From the NCBI GenBank assembly GCA_902578315.1, contig CACHCL010000003.1, forward strand, positions 22,539 through 86,538: a stretch of DNA of 64,000 nucleotides. The letters are read 5' to 3'. The DNA is from an uncultured Pelagibacteraceae bacterium (GTDB lineage Bacteria > Pseudomonadota > Alphaproteobacteria > Pelagibacterales > Pelagibacteraceae). A model generated the notes under the pieces. The model was given only the letters and a program-made list of their open reading frames with translations. It had not been told where the DNA came from and did not search any database. Below are positions 32,335 to 41,284 of this stretch, piece after piece. A program made the translations under genes and the position numbers. Every line of letters starts with the position of its first letter. Within the stretch, counting starts at the first letter, position 1.

Positions 32335-32855
32335 GGAAAATTTTCTTAATAATTTTATTATCTATATTAACAGGATGTAATAAACCCAAAACAGTTTTAA
32401 TTTGTGGCGATCACGTTTGTGTAAATAAAGCTGAAGCTAAACAATATTTTGAAGAAAACTTATCTTTAGAGGTAAAAATAATCGATAAAAAAAATAAAAA
32501 CAAACTAGATTTAGTCGAACTAAATATGAGAAAAACTCAAAATATAAAGAAAAAAGTTTTTATAAAACCCAAGACGCGAACTAATCAAAAATTAAAAACT
32601 TTATCAAAAAAAGAAATTGATACGATAAAACAAAAAATTAAAAATAAAGAAAAAGATAAATTTGTAAAGAAAACTAAAGTAAAAAAAGATGATAGGTTTG
32701 GTAGGGAAAAAAACAAAAAAACAATTAACAACTCTAAACAATTAAAAACTGATGTGTGTAAAGTTTTAAAAGAGTGTAATATCGATGAAATATCAAAATA
32801 TTTAATTAAATTAGGTAATAAAAAAAAATTTCCTGATATAACAATTAGAGAATAA
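32331..32855 (+). CDS. Hypothetical Lys-rich lipoprotein
   Basis: Lipobox LTGC; CGDHVC and C-terminal C..L..C cysteine pairs; operonic overlap with argC. Confidence 0.65.
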   Translation: MRKIFLIILLSILTGCNKPKTVLICGDHVCVNKAEAKQYFEENLSLEVKIIDKKNKNKLDLVELNMRKTQNIKKKVFIKPKTRTNQKLKTLSKKEIDTIKQKIKNKEKDKFVKKTKVKKDDRFGREKNKKTINNSKQLKTDVCKVLKECNIDEISKYLIKLGNKKKFPDITIRE

Positions 32856-32859
32856 TTTA

Positions 32860-34146
32860 ATGAGAAAACTAAATATAGCAATAATTGGACTTGGTAATAT
32901 TGGTAGTTATTTATTTACTTTTTTGAAAAAAAATAAATCAATTTTATCAAAAAAGAATAATTGTATTCCAAATGTTATTTATTTATCTGCCAGAAATAAA
33001 AATCGCAAAAGAGGTTTTAATTTTAACAAAAAACTTTGGTTAAATAACTATTTGGATGCAACGAAGAAAGAAAATGTAGATTTAATTGTAGAGCTAATTG
33101 GAGGATCGGATGGCCCTGCAAAAAAACTTGTTTTTAATGCTTTGAAAAACAAAAAACATGTGGTGACAGCCAACAAAGCGTTAATTGCTAAATATGGGGA
33201 TCAATTAGCAAAAATTGCAGAAAAAAATAAAGTAAATTTAGAATTTGAAGCGTCAGTTTGTGGTGGAGTACCAATTATAAGATCTTTAAAGGAAGGGTTG
33301 ATAGCCAACAAAATAAATAAAGTTTTTGGAATATTTAATGGTACTTCAAATTATATACTTTCTTCGATGGATAAGGAAAATAAATCTTTAAAAGAAGTTT
33401 TAAAAAATGCTCAAAAACTAGGATATGCAGAGTCAAATCCTAAAGCGGATCTTAATGGAGATGATGTCGCAGCAAAATTAAAAATCCTGTCATCTCTATG
33501 TTTTAATTCATTTTTGAATAAAAAGATCCATGTTGAAGGGATTAAAGATATAGATAAGGACGACATAAATTATGCTAAGAGACTTGGCTATAAGATTAAA
33601 TTAATTGGTTATGCAGAACTTATAGGAAAAAATATCTTTCAAAGAGTTCACCCTACATTAATAAGAAATAGTTCTTATGTAGGAAGCATTGATGGAGTTT
33701 TAAATGCTGTTATCATAGACGGAAATCCGGTTGGTCAAAGCGTAATACAAGGCGAGGGAGCAGGCCCGGCCACAACAACATCTGCATTAATTTCTGATAT
33801 TTCATCTATTTTAAGAGGAAACATTAAATTTCCTTTTTCAATATCAAATAAAGAAAGAAAAAACTTAAATTTTAAAAGTATATCAGAACGTTTTTTTTCC
33901 GCTTACTTTAGATTTAATGTAATTGATAAGCCTGGTGTTTTATCAAATATCACTCAAATTTTTTCAAGAAATAAAGTTTCTATTAAAAGATTAATTCAAG
34001 ATCCAAATAAAAATAAGAGTTCATCATCAATTATAATCATAACTCATCCTTCAAAAGACAAATCACTAAATAAAATTATTCAAATTATTAATAAAAGATC
34101 TTATGTAAAAAAAAGATCTAAATTAATAAGAATAGATGACGTATAA
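32860..34146 (+). CDS. hom: Homoserine dehydrogenase with ACT domain
   Basis: GLGNIG, VVTANK, EASVCGGVP, NGTSNYIL, GAG. Confidence 0.96.
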   Translation: MRKLNIAIIGLGNIGSYLFTFLKKNKSILSKKNNCIPNVIYLSARNKNRKRGFNFNKKLWLNNYLDATKKENVDLIVELIGGSDGPAKKLVFNALKNKKHVVTANKALIAKYGDQLAKIAEKNKVNLEFEASVCGGVPIIRSLKEGLIANKINKVFGIFNGTSNYILSSMDKENKSLKEVLKNAQKLGYAESNPKADLNGDDVAAKLKILSSLCFNSFLNKKIHVEGIKDIDKDDINYAKRLGYKIKLIGYAELIGKNIFQRVHPTLIRNSSYVGSIDGVLNAVIIDGNPVGQSVIQGEGAGPATTTSALISDISSILRGNIKFPFSISNKERKNLNFKSISERFFSAYFRFNVIDKPGVLSNITQIFSRNKVSIKRLIQDPNKNKSSSSIIIITHPSKDKSLNKIIQIINKRSYVKKRSKLIRIDDV

Positions 34147-35088
34147 ATGTCAATAGATCAAAAATTTTTGAATTTATTCATTAAAGCCACCGAAAAGGCA
34201 GCAATTGGAGCCTCAAAGTTTATAGGTAAAAATGATAAAATTGCTGCTGATAAAGGCGCTGTCGATCCAATGAGAAGAGAGTTAAACAAAATTAATATGG
34301 AAGGTACAATAGTTATCGGGGAAGGAGAAATGGACGAAGCTCCTATGTTGTACATTGGCGAAAGATTAGGAACATTAAATGGACCTAAATTCGATATAGC
34401 AGTTGATCCATTAGAAGGAACAAAATTCACAGCAAACAATCAACCAAACGCTTTCTCTGTTATAGCAGTTGCAAAAAAAGGTGATTTATTATCAGCTCCT
34501 GACACTTACATGGAAAAAATAGCAATAGGATCAGATTTACCTAAAAATTTATTAGATATTGATAATGGAGTAGAAAAAAATATTCAAATACTAGCTGAAG
34601 CAAAAAGAAAAAAAATTTCTGAAATAAACGCATGTGTAATGAAAAGACCAAGACATGATGAAATCGTTGATATGATGAACAAATTAGGCGTGACTATAAA
34701 TTTTATAACAGATGGTGATATAGCTGGTGTTTTGAGTGTAATAGGAGAGAAACCAAAAAACGATATTTATTATAGCACAGGTGGAGGCCCAGAAGGAGTT
34801 TTAGCAGCATCAGCGCTATCTTGCTTTGGAGGTCAAATACAAGGTCGTTTAGTTTTAAATGAAGAAGAAAAAATTAGAGCAAAAAAACTTGGGATTACTG
34901 ATTTTGAAAAAAAATATAATATTGAAGATATGGTAAAAGGAGATGTTATATTTTGTGCAACTGGTGTAACAGATGGAGATTTAACAAAGGGAGTAAAGGA
35001 CCTCGGAAATGAATTTGAGGTTACAACTTTTGCATTACATAAAAGTAAAAAGATCAACAAAATAATTAGAAATATATACAATAAATGA
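34147..35088 (+). CDS. glpX: Fructose-1,6-bisphosphatase class II
   Basis: VIGEGEMDEAPML, DPLEGT, GGPEGV, ATGVTDG. Confidence 0.96.
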   Translation: MSIDQKFLNLFIKATEKAAIGASKFIGKNDKIAADKGAVDPMRRELNKINMEGTIVIGEGEMDEAPMLYIGERLGTLNGPKFDIAVDPLEGTKFTANNQPNAFSVIAVAKKGDLLSAPDTYMEKIAIGSDLPKNLLDIDNGVEKNIQILAEAKRKKISEINACVMKRPRHDEIVDMMNKLGVTINFITDGDIAGVLSVIGEKPKNDIYYSTGGGPEGVLAASALSCFGGQIQGRLVLNEEEKIRAKKLGITDFEKKYNIEDMVKGDVIFCATGVTDGDLTKGVKDLGNEFEVTTFALHKSKKINKIIRNIYNK

Positions 35089-36872
35089 TTTCAAATTCAG
35101 TAAGTAACAAAAACTGGATTTTTAAAAAATATGATGAACAAGATGTTATATTTTACAAAGAAAATTATTCTTTAGATGAACTAACATCAAAGCTTTTATC
35201 AATTAGAAACATTAAAAAAGAAGACGTTCAAGCTTTTTTAAACCCATCTATAAAGAATTTATTGCCTAATCCTGAAATTTTAAAGGATATGCAAAAATCA
35301 GCAAAAAGGACAATACAAGCAATTTCTCAAAAGCATAAAATTGGTATCTTTGGTGATTATGATGTTGATGGGGCTTCAGCAACAGCGCTACTTGCAAATT
35401 TTTTTAACTCAATAAATGTTACTTACGAAATTTATATACCAGATAGAAAAAAAGAAGGCTACGGACCATCTGCTGAATCTTTTAAAAAATTAATAGATAA
35501 CGGAACTAAATTGATTTTCACTGTTGATTGTGGGACACTATCATTTGATGCTATTGATTTCGCATCTAATAATAATATTGACGTAATTGTTCTTGATCAC
35601 CATCAATCAGAAATAAATTTGCCTAAAGCTCACTCTATAATAAATCCAAATAGGCTTGATGATAAATCTGATTTAAAATACTTATGCGCTGCTGGAGTTA
35701 CTTTTATGTTTTTAATTTCCTTAAATAAAGAGCTTAGATTAATTGATTGGTTTATCAAATCAAAAATTACAGAGCCAAATTTACTTGAGTATTTAGATTT
35801 AGTAGCTTTAGGAACAGTTTGTGACGTTGTTCCTTTAGTTGGTCTAAATAGAGCAATTGTCTCACAAGGATTAAAAATTTTAAAATCAAAAAAAAATCTT
35901 GGATTGAAAACGTTATTTGATATATGCGATATCCAAAGCAAACCAAATGTTTATCATATCGGGTATCAACTAGGTCCAAGAATTAATGCTGGAGGTAGAG
36001 TAGGAAAGTCTTCTCATGGAGCAAATTTATTAATTAGTAATAATCCTAAAGACGTTTTCAAAATTGCAACCGAGTTAGATCACTTTAATAAAGAGAGGCA
36101 AATTCTAGAAAAGGACCTTATGGACAAAATTTTAAAGAACTTAGAAAATAAATCACATGAGTCAGTAATGGTCATTTTTGGAAAAAATTGGCATGAGGGC
36201 GTGATTGGAATAGTTGCATCTAGAATTAAAGATAAATTTAATAAACCTGTAATAATTATTTCAATAGACGATAATGGCATAGGAAAAGCATCAGCTAGAT
36301 CTGTTGTAGGTTTTGATATGGGTTCAGTAATTATTTCCGCTGTTCAAGAAAATATCTTAATTAAAGGCGGGGGACATAAAATGGCTGGAGGATTTACAAT
36401 TAAAACTGAAAATGTTGAAAAATTTAAAAAATTCATTTTAAAAAAATTTGAAAGATTAAGTAAGAGCAAAATGAACATAAAACCTTTATATTTAGATAGC
36501 ATAATAGCCCCAACCGCATTAAATCTTCAATTTTATAATAAGGTTAATACACTTGCTCCTTTTGGTTCAGGAAACCCAGAGCCAAAGTTTGTTTTAGAAA
36601 ATATGAAATCTATTAATAATAAGATTATAAAGGATAAACACATAAAATCAGTCTTAGTTGGATTGGATGGATCTACAGTCAAATCAATAGCATTTAACTG
36701 CGTCGAAAATGAAATTGGAGCATATTTACTCGAAAAAAATAAAAAATTATTTAATATTGCAGGTAAATTATCCTTAAATGAGTGGCAAGGGCAATCAAAT
36801 GTGGAGTTTATTATCGATGATATTTCTGTTAATAAGACACTCAAAAATACGGTCCCATCGTCTATCGGTTAG
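35085..36872 (+). CDS. recJ: ssDNA exonuclease RecJ
   Basis: GDYDVDG, TVDCG, DHH, PRINAGGR, GGGH.MA.G. Confidence 0.96.
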   Translation: MISNSVSNKNWIFKKYDEQDVIFYKENYSLDELTSKLLSIRNIKKEDVQAFLNPSIKNLLPNPEILKDMQKSAKRTIQAISQKHKIGIFGDYDVDGASATALLANFFNSINVTYEIYIPDRKKEGYGPSAESFKKLIDNGTKLIFTVDCGTLSFDAIDFASNNNIDVIVLDHHQSEINLPKAHSIINPNRLDDKSDLKYLCAAGVTFMFLISLNKELRLIDWFIKSKITEPNLLEYLDLVALGTVCDVVPLVGLNRAIVSQGLKILKSKKNLGLKTLFDICDIQSKPNVYHIGYQLGPRINAGGRVGKSSHGANLLISNNPKDVFKIATELDHFNKERQILEKDLMDKILKNLENKSHESVMVIFGKNWHEGVIGIVASRIKDKFNKPVIIISIDDNGIGKASARSVVGFDMGSVIISAVQENILIKGGGHKMAGGFTIKTENVEKFKKFILKKFERLSKSKMNIKPLYLDSIIAPTALNLQFYNKVNTLAPFGSGNPEPKFVLENMKSINNKIIKDKHIKSVLVGLDGSTVKSIAFNCVENEIGAYLLEKNKKLFNIAGKLSLNEWQGQSNVEFIIDDISVNKTLKNTVPSSIG

Positions 36873-36925
36873 GACAGTTGGTTTTCATCCAACAAAGAGG
36901 GGTTCGATTCCCCTTGGGACCGCCA
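36851..36925 (+). tRNA. tRNA-Glu (TTC)
   Basis: GGTCCCA/TGGGACC acceptor stem, GTTGG-ttTTCat-CCAAC anticodon arm, GGTTCGATTCC, CCA. Confidence 0.96.
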
Positions 36926-36926
36926 A
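36891..36926 (+). repeat. 36-bp att core, copy 1 (3' half of tRNA-Glu)
   Basis: AACAAAGAGGGGTTCGATTCCCCTTGGGACCGCCAA, identical to 37730-37765. Confidence 0.95.
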
Positions 36927-36976
36927 AAACTCCAAAAACCATTGATTATCTTTACTAGAATATTTTAAAATATTAT

Positions 36977-36998
36977 TTTACTGTGTCACCAGTGCGTC
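36977..36998 (+). repeat. Putative arm-type repeat, copy 1
   Basis: TTTAcTGTGTCACcAGTGcGTC; 19/22 identical to 37657-37678; ends at the cargo ATG. Confidence 0.7.
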
Positions 36999-37262
36999 AT
37001 GAGAAAAATTGAAGATAATTTTAACATAGAAAAATACCCTAAATGGGTTCAAAAAAAATATGACAATTGGTGTAAAGAAACAGCAATTAAAAACATAGAT
37101 AAAAAATTAAAATTACAACAAAAAAGCAAGAGTGATTTCACTCAAGAGGAAATAGATGAAATAGTTGCTGATGAGATAAAGAATGTTAAAAAAAATCATG
37201 GTTGGAATTCATTTAGAGCATTATTGGCTTTAATGGGTTTAGACTGGTTGATTTCTCAATGA
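36999..37262 (+). CDS. Hypothetical cargo protein with C-terminal hydrophobic tail
   Basis: 87-aa ORF, helical and charged, C-terminal ALLALMGLDWLI; ATGA overlap with next ORF. Confidence 0.7.
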   Translation: MRKIEDNFNIEKYPKWVQKKYDNWCKETAIKNIDKKLKLQQKSKSDFTQEEIDEIVADEIKNVKKNHGWNSFRALLALMGLDWLISQ

Positions 37263-37654
37263 TATTATTAACTAATTTTCTTCTCAAATTAAAAAAAAAT
37301 TACAAACTTTTATTTTATTCATTAATTGCATCTTTAATAATTTTTTATATTCATCATGAATTTGTTTCATGGTCGTCCACTACTGGTAATACTAAATACA
37401 TTACTCTTTCTTTTTTAATAAAGAATACTTTAATTTTTTTAATTATTTTATTTTGTTTATTATATATAGCATTTAAAAGAAAAATGTCTGACGATGGTTA
37501 TAATTTAGTAAGAGAAAAAGAAATTAAAACAAAAGCAGAGATGTTCACAAGTAATAGAAAAAATAATGATGCGGCTCAAGATGATGCTTTTGACAAAGTA
37601 AGGCAAAAAGAAAATTTGAAAACTAAAGGTGAAAAATTATTAGAAAAAAAGTAA
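37259..37654 (+). CDS. Hypothetical 2-TM cargo membrane protein
   Basis: 131 aa, two hydrophobic helices, charged C-terminal tail. Confidence 0.7.
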   Translation: MILLTNFLLKLKKNYKLLFYSLIASLIIFYIHHEFVSWSSTTGNTKYITLSFLIKNTLIFLIILFCLLYIAFKRKMSDDGYNLVREKEIKTKAEMFTSNRKNNDAAQDDAFDKVRQKENLKTKGEKLLEKK

Positions 37655-37656
37655 AC

Positions 37657-37678
37657 TTTATTGTGTCACAAGTGAGTC
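37657..37678 (+). repeat. Putative arm-type repeat, copy 2
   Basis: TTTAtTGTGTCACaAGTGaGTC, starting 2 nt after the cargo stop codon. Confidence 0.7.
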
Positions 37679-37729
37679 CGTTCTTGCGTTATTTTTAAAA
37701 ATCATTTAATAATATGATCTATTTTAATT

Positions 37730-37765
37730 AACAAAGAGGGGTTCGATTCCCCTTGGGACCGCCAA
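37730..37765 (+). repeat. 36-bp att core, copy 2 (partial tRNA-Glu)
   Basis: Exact duplicate of 36891-36926. Confidence 0.95.
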
Positions 37766-37770
37766 TAAAA

Positions 37771-38727
37771 ATGCATAAAATAGCAATTATAGAAAAAATT
37801 CACCAAGACGGAATAAATTTATTAAAAAATAATTCAGCCTTTGAGTTTGAAATAATCGAAGATACTTCTGAAGAAAATTTGATAAAAGTACTTCCTAATT
37901 TTGATGCTTGTACGCTTAGAGTTTCCAAATTAAATGAAAAAATTCTATCAAAATGTAAAAATTTAAAGGTTATATCTAGACATGGTGTTGGATATGATAA
38001 TGTTGATTTAAATTATATTAAAAAAAACAAAATAACTTTATTAATAACTGCAACCGCAAATGCAGTGGCTGTAGCAGAGCATGTAATTTACTTGATGCTA
38101 TCTATATCTAAAAGTATCAATCAATACGACCAGGAAGTTAGAATTGGAAATTTTAAGAAAAATGCATCTACAATAACTACTTTAGAACTTTTTAAAAAAG
38201 AGATTCTAATAGTTGGATTTGGAAGGATAGGACAAAGCTTAATCAAAAGATGTAAAGGTTTTGAGATGAAAGTAAAAGTATTTGATCCTTTTGTTAGTAA
38301 TGAGATGATTGAAAGATTTGGAGGACAAAAAATTGAAAATCTCGATGATGGATTAAAAAATTGTGACTATGTTTCTTTACATGTTCCGTTAAATGAAAAA
38401 ACTAAAAATTTAATTGATTATTCCAAACTTAAGAATATGAAAAGAGAAGCAATTGTAATCAACACTGCTAGAGGTGGAATTATCAACGAAAAAGATTTAG
38501 ATAAAGCATTGAGAGAAAATATAATTTTTGGAGCAGGATTAGATGTTTTTGAAAATGAGCCTATAGATAAAACTAATCCTCTGCTTTCAAATAAAAAAGT
38601 TTTATTAAGTCCACATTCAGCAACATTTACGAATGAATGTAAATCTAGAATGTCTTTAGAAACAACTAAAAATATTATTGATTTTTTTGAAAATAAGATT
38701 GATAAATCTATGATTGTAAAATTATGA
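37771..38727 (+). CDS. D-isomer-specific 2-hydroxyacid dehydrogenase (SerA-like, no ACT domain)
   Basis: RHGVGYDNVD, GFGRIG, INTARGG, DVF..EP, SPH; true start ATG 37771. Confidence 0.88.
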   Translation: MHKIAIIEKIHQDGINLLKNNSAFEFEIIEDTSEENLIKVLPNFDACTLRVSKLNEKILSKCKNLKVISRHGVGYDNVDLNYIKKNKITLLITATANAVAVAEHVIYLMLSISKSINQYDQEVRIGNFKKNASTITTLELFKKEILIVGFGRIGQSLIKRCKGFEMKVKVFDPFVSNEMIERFGGQKIENLDDGLKNCDYVSLHVPLNEKTKNLIDYSKLKNMKREAIVINTARGGIINEKDLDKALRENIIFGAGLDVFENEPIDKTNPLLSNKKVLLSPHSATFTNECKSRMSLETTKNIIDFFENKIDKSMIVKL

Positions 38728-39233
38728 TAGATATAAATAGGAAATTAAAAAATTTTGGTCCATTAGAAGTTTTAGTATTAAGTTCTATTACATATGTGGT
38801 TGTAATGTTATTATGGACAGCTTCAACAAGATCAGAAGTTTTACAAAAAGCAAACGATATAAAATCAAATCATAAGTCTGTGGTTGATTTCATTAATGAT
38901 GAGGTAAATAGTTGCAGCTCAAATGAAGACGGTTCAACGTCTTGGGGTGAGAAATGCAATTCTGTTTGGAGTTCAGATAAAATCGTAAATTATGTGTTAA
39001 ATAATATTGATCTAAAAAACCCATATTCAATTAATAAACCGTTAATACAAACCTCTCAAGATCCAAGAATTCAGGCCGAGGGTAAAGCAGGTCAATCTAC
39101 AGATAAAGGTATAATTTTTGTTTCTTCAAATAATTTTGAGTCAGAGGCAGGCTCAGAATGGGTAGTTGGCACTTGTATAAAGTCACCTTGCGTAGCTGCG
39201 GGTAATAATGAATTAGTCTCTGTATACCGTTAA
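38724..39233 (+). CDS. Membrane-anchored exported protein, degenerate type IV pilin-like
   Basis: KNFGPLEVLV followed by a hydrophobic helix; K.NH..VV.FI..E...C, KNPY, four cysteines. Confidence 0.5.
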   Translation: MIDINRKLKNFGPLEVLVLSSITYVVVMLLWTASTRSEVLQKANDIKSNHKSVVDFINDEVNSCSSNEDGSTSWGEKCNSVWSSDKIVNYVLNNIDLKNPYSINKPLIQTSQDPRIQAEGKAGQSTDKGIIFVSSNNFESEAGSEWVVGTCIKSPCVAAGNNELVSVYR

Positions 39234-40129
39234 TTAACAATTTTGAAACCGCATTGTTTTGCAGTTTTACTTAAATAATTAAAACCAATTTTTGCATATT
39301 CGAATGGATTTGCTTTAGCAGGATCTTGTTCTGCTTCTACTACAAGCCATCCAGAATAATTTTTTTTCTTCAATACATTTAAGAAAGGAATGTAGTCAAT
39401 ACATCCATCACCTGGGACTGTAAATGCCCCATCTAAAAATGCTTGTCTAAATGTTGCATCATTTTTTAGTGATTTTTCTAAAATATCTTTTCTTATGTCT
39501 TTGCAATGAACGTGAATTATTCGCTCGTAAAAATTTTCAACTAATTTAATAGAGTCACCTTGGGCAAACAACATATGTCCAGTATCTACTAATAATTTAA
39601 CTGTATCCTTTGTATTTTCTATGAGTCTAGAGGTATCTTCCTCAGTTTCTATTACAGTTCCCATGTGATGATGATAAGCTAATGGCATATTTTCATCTAT
39701 CATCATTTTACTAATTTCATTTATTGAATAAATAAATCTATTCCAATCATCTTTATTTAATTTAGGTCTTTTTGATAACGGTGTTATAGGATCTCCTTGA
39801 ACGGAGTCTGTAACCTCAGCAAAAACCATGCAAGGTGCTTCACAATCTTTGAATAATTTAAGTTGTTTTTGCATAAGTTTAAATTCTTCTTTGGGTGATC
39901 TTTTTAATAGTTGAGCCCCATACCAACCTGAACATAATTTAAGGTTTTCTTTTTGAAGTTTAGGAATAAGTTCTTTCGAATTCATTGGAAATTTTCCGCC
40001 AGATTCAATTCCAGTAAAACCTGCCATACTTGCTTCTTTTAAACATTGTTCTAATGGAGTTTTTCCACCTAATTCAGGCATATCATCGTTACTCCATGCA
40101 ATGGGTGCTATTCCTAATCTTATCGACAT
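39230..40129 (-). CDS. iolE: myo-inosose-2 dehydratase
   Basis: GIAPIAWSNDDMPELG, YHHHMGT, DTGH, VEAEQDP; start moved to 40129. Confidence 0.95.
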   Translation of the reverse strand: MSIRLGIAPIAWSNDDMPELGGKTPLEQCLKEASMAGFTGIESGGKFPMNSKELIPKLQKENLKLCSGWYGAQLLKRSPKEEFKLMQKQLKLFKDCEAPCMVFAEVTDSVQGDPITPLSKRPKLNKDDWNRFIYSINEISKMMIDENMPLAYHHHMGTVIETEEDTSRLIENTKDTVKLLVDTGHMLFAQGDSIKLVENFYERIIHVHCKDIRKDILEKSLKNDATFRQAFLDGAFTVPGDGCIDYIPFLNVLKKKNYSGWLVVEAEQDPAKANPFEYAKIGFNYLSKTAKQCGFKIVN

Positions 40130-40186
40130 AGTTTTAAGAAAGTAATAATATTTTACATTATAAATAATTAACTTACAAAAGAATTT

Positions 40187-41182
40187 ATGATCAATGTAGC
40201 ACTTTTGGGCTTTGGTAGAATTGGGCAAATGCATGCTCAAAATATATATCTAAATAAAACGCTTAATTTGTTATATGTATACGAAAAGATTGATAAACTC
40301 AGAAAAAAAGCTAAGAGTCTTTATAATTGTAAAATTGAAAAAAATTATAAAAAAATATTTTCAGATAAAAAAGTAGATATTATTTTTATTTCTAGCCCTA
40401 CAAATACTCATATCAGATTTATCGAAGAGGGTATCAAATACAATAAAACTATTTTTTGTGAAAAACCTTTAGACTTAAATATAAATAAAATTATTAAAAC
40501 TTTCAAAAAAGTTAAGAAAAATAAATCTAAGATACAGATGGGGTTTAATCGAAGATTTGATCCTAGCCACCACTCAATTAAAAAAGATTTAGAAAAAGGT
40601 AAAATAGGAAGATTGGAAAAAATAATAATCACAAGTAGAGACCCAGCACCTCCTTCAAAGACTTATCTTAGATCTTCTGGAGGTATTTTCAGAGACATGA
40701 TGATTCACGATTTTGATTTATGCAGGTATTATTTAAATAATGATGAAATTTTAGAAATAAGTTCATCTGTAAGCTCATTTGAGAATTTTTACAAAAAAAT
40801 CAAAGATCATGAATTAGCTACTGTTACTATGAAATCAAAGAAAGGTGTTATATGTGTAATCACAAATTCTAGACATTGTTCATTTGGATACGATCAAAGG
40901 GTTGAATTATTTGGAAAAAAAGGAATGCTTTTATCAGGCAACCAAAAGAGGATGGCCACAGAGATATTTAATTCAAATCAATCCCATTCACAAAAACCCT
41001 TTTTAAATTTTTTTATTGAACGATACAAAGAAGCTTATAATTTGCAATTAAATGAACTAATTTCTCTTCATAAAAATAGAATAAAACCTAGATCATCTTT
41101 CAAAGATGGTTATTTAGCTTTAAAAATTGCTAATGCTGCATATCAATCTCTAAAGCAAAAAAAGATAATAAAATTAAAGTAA
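40187..41182 (+). CDS. iolG: myo-inositol 2-dehydrogenase
   Basis: GFGRIG, CEKP, GFNRRFDP, ITSRDP, DMMIHDFD, GYDQRVE. Confidence 0.92.
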   Translation: MINVALLGFGRIGQMHAQNIYLNKTLNLLYVYEKIDKLRKKAKSLYNCKIEKNYKKIFSDKKVDIIFISSPTNTHIRFIEEGIKYNKTIFCEKPLDLNINKIIKTFKKVKKNKSKIQMGFNRRFDPSHHSIKKDLEKGKIGRLEKIIITSRDPAPPSKTYLRSSGGIFRDMMIHDFDLCRYYLNNDEILEISSSVSSFENFYKKIKDHELATVTMKSKKGVICVITNSRHCSFGYDQRVELFGKKGMLLSGNQKRMATEIFNSNQSHSQKPFLNFFIERYKEAYNLQLNELISLHKNRIKPRSSFKDGYLALKIANAAYQSLKQKKIIKLK

Positions 41183-41284
41183 TTTTTAACTACCTCTAGT
41201 TGTATGAATTTTTTTTCCTTTTGTATTTTAACAAATTTTTTGTTTTAATTGCGCAAAATTAACAAATAAATGAGGGAAATAATC

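Larger units (their letters stand above)
36891..37765. mobile_element. Non-autonomous mini integrative element (839-bp unit) in tRNA-Glu
   Basis: Flanked by perfect 36-bp tRNA 3' direct repeats; internal paired TGNGTC repeats; two cargo ORFs; no integrase. Confidence 0.8.

Noticed and set aside
37730-37765. Second tRNA-Glu gene
   Set aside because: Only the T arm and 3' acceptor strand are present; it is an att duplication.
37753-37770. TTG start for the dehydrogenase ORF (MGPPIK extension)
   Set aside because: Falls inside the tRNA-derived repeat; ATG 37771 is the plausible start.
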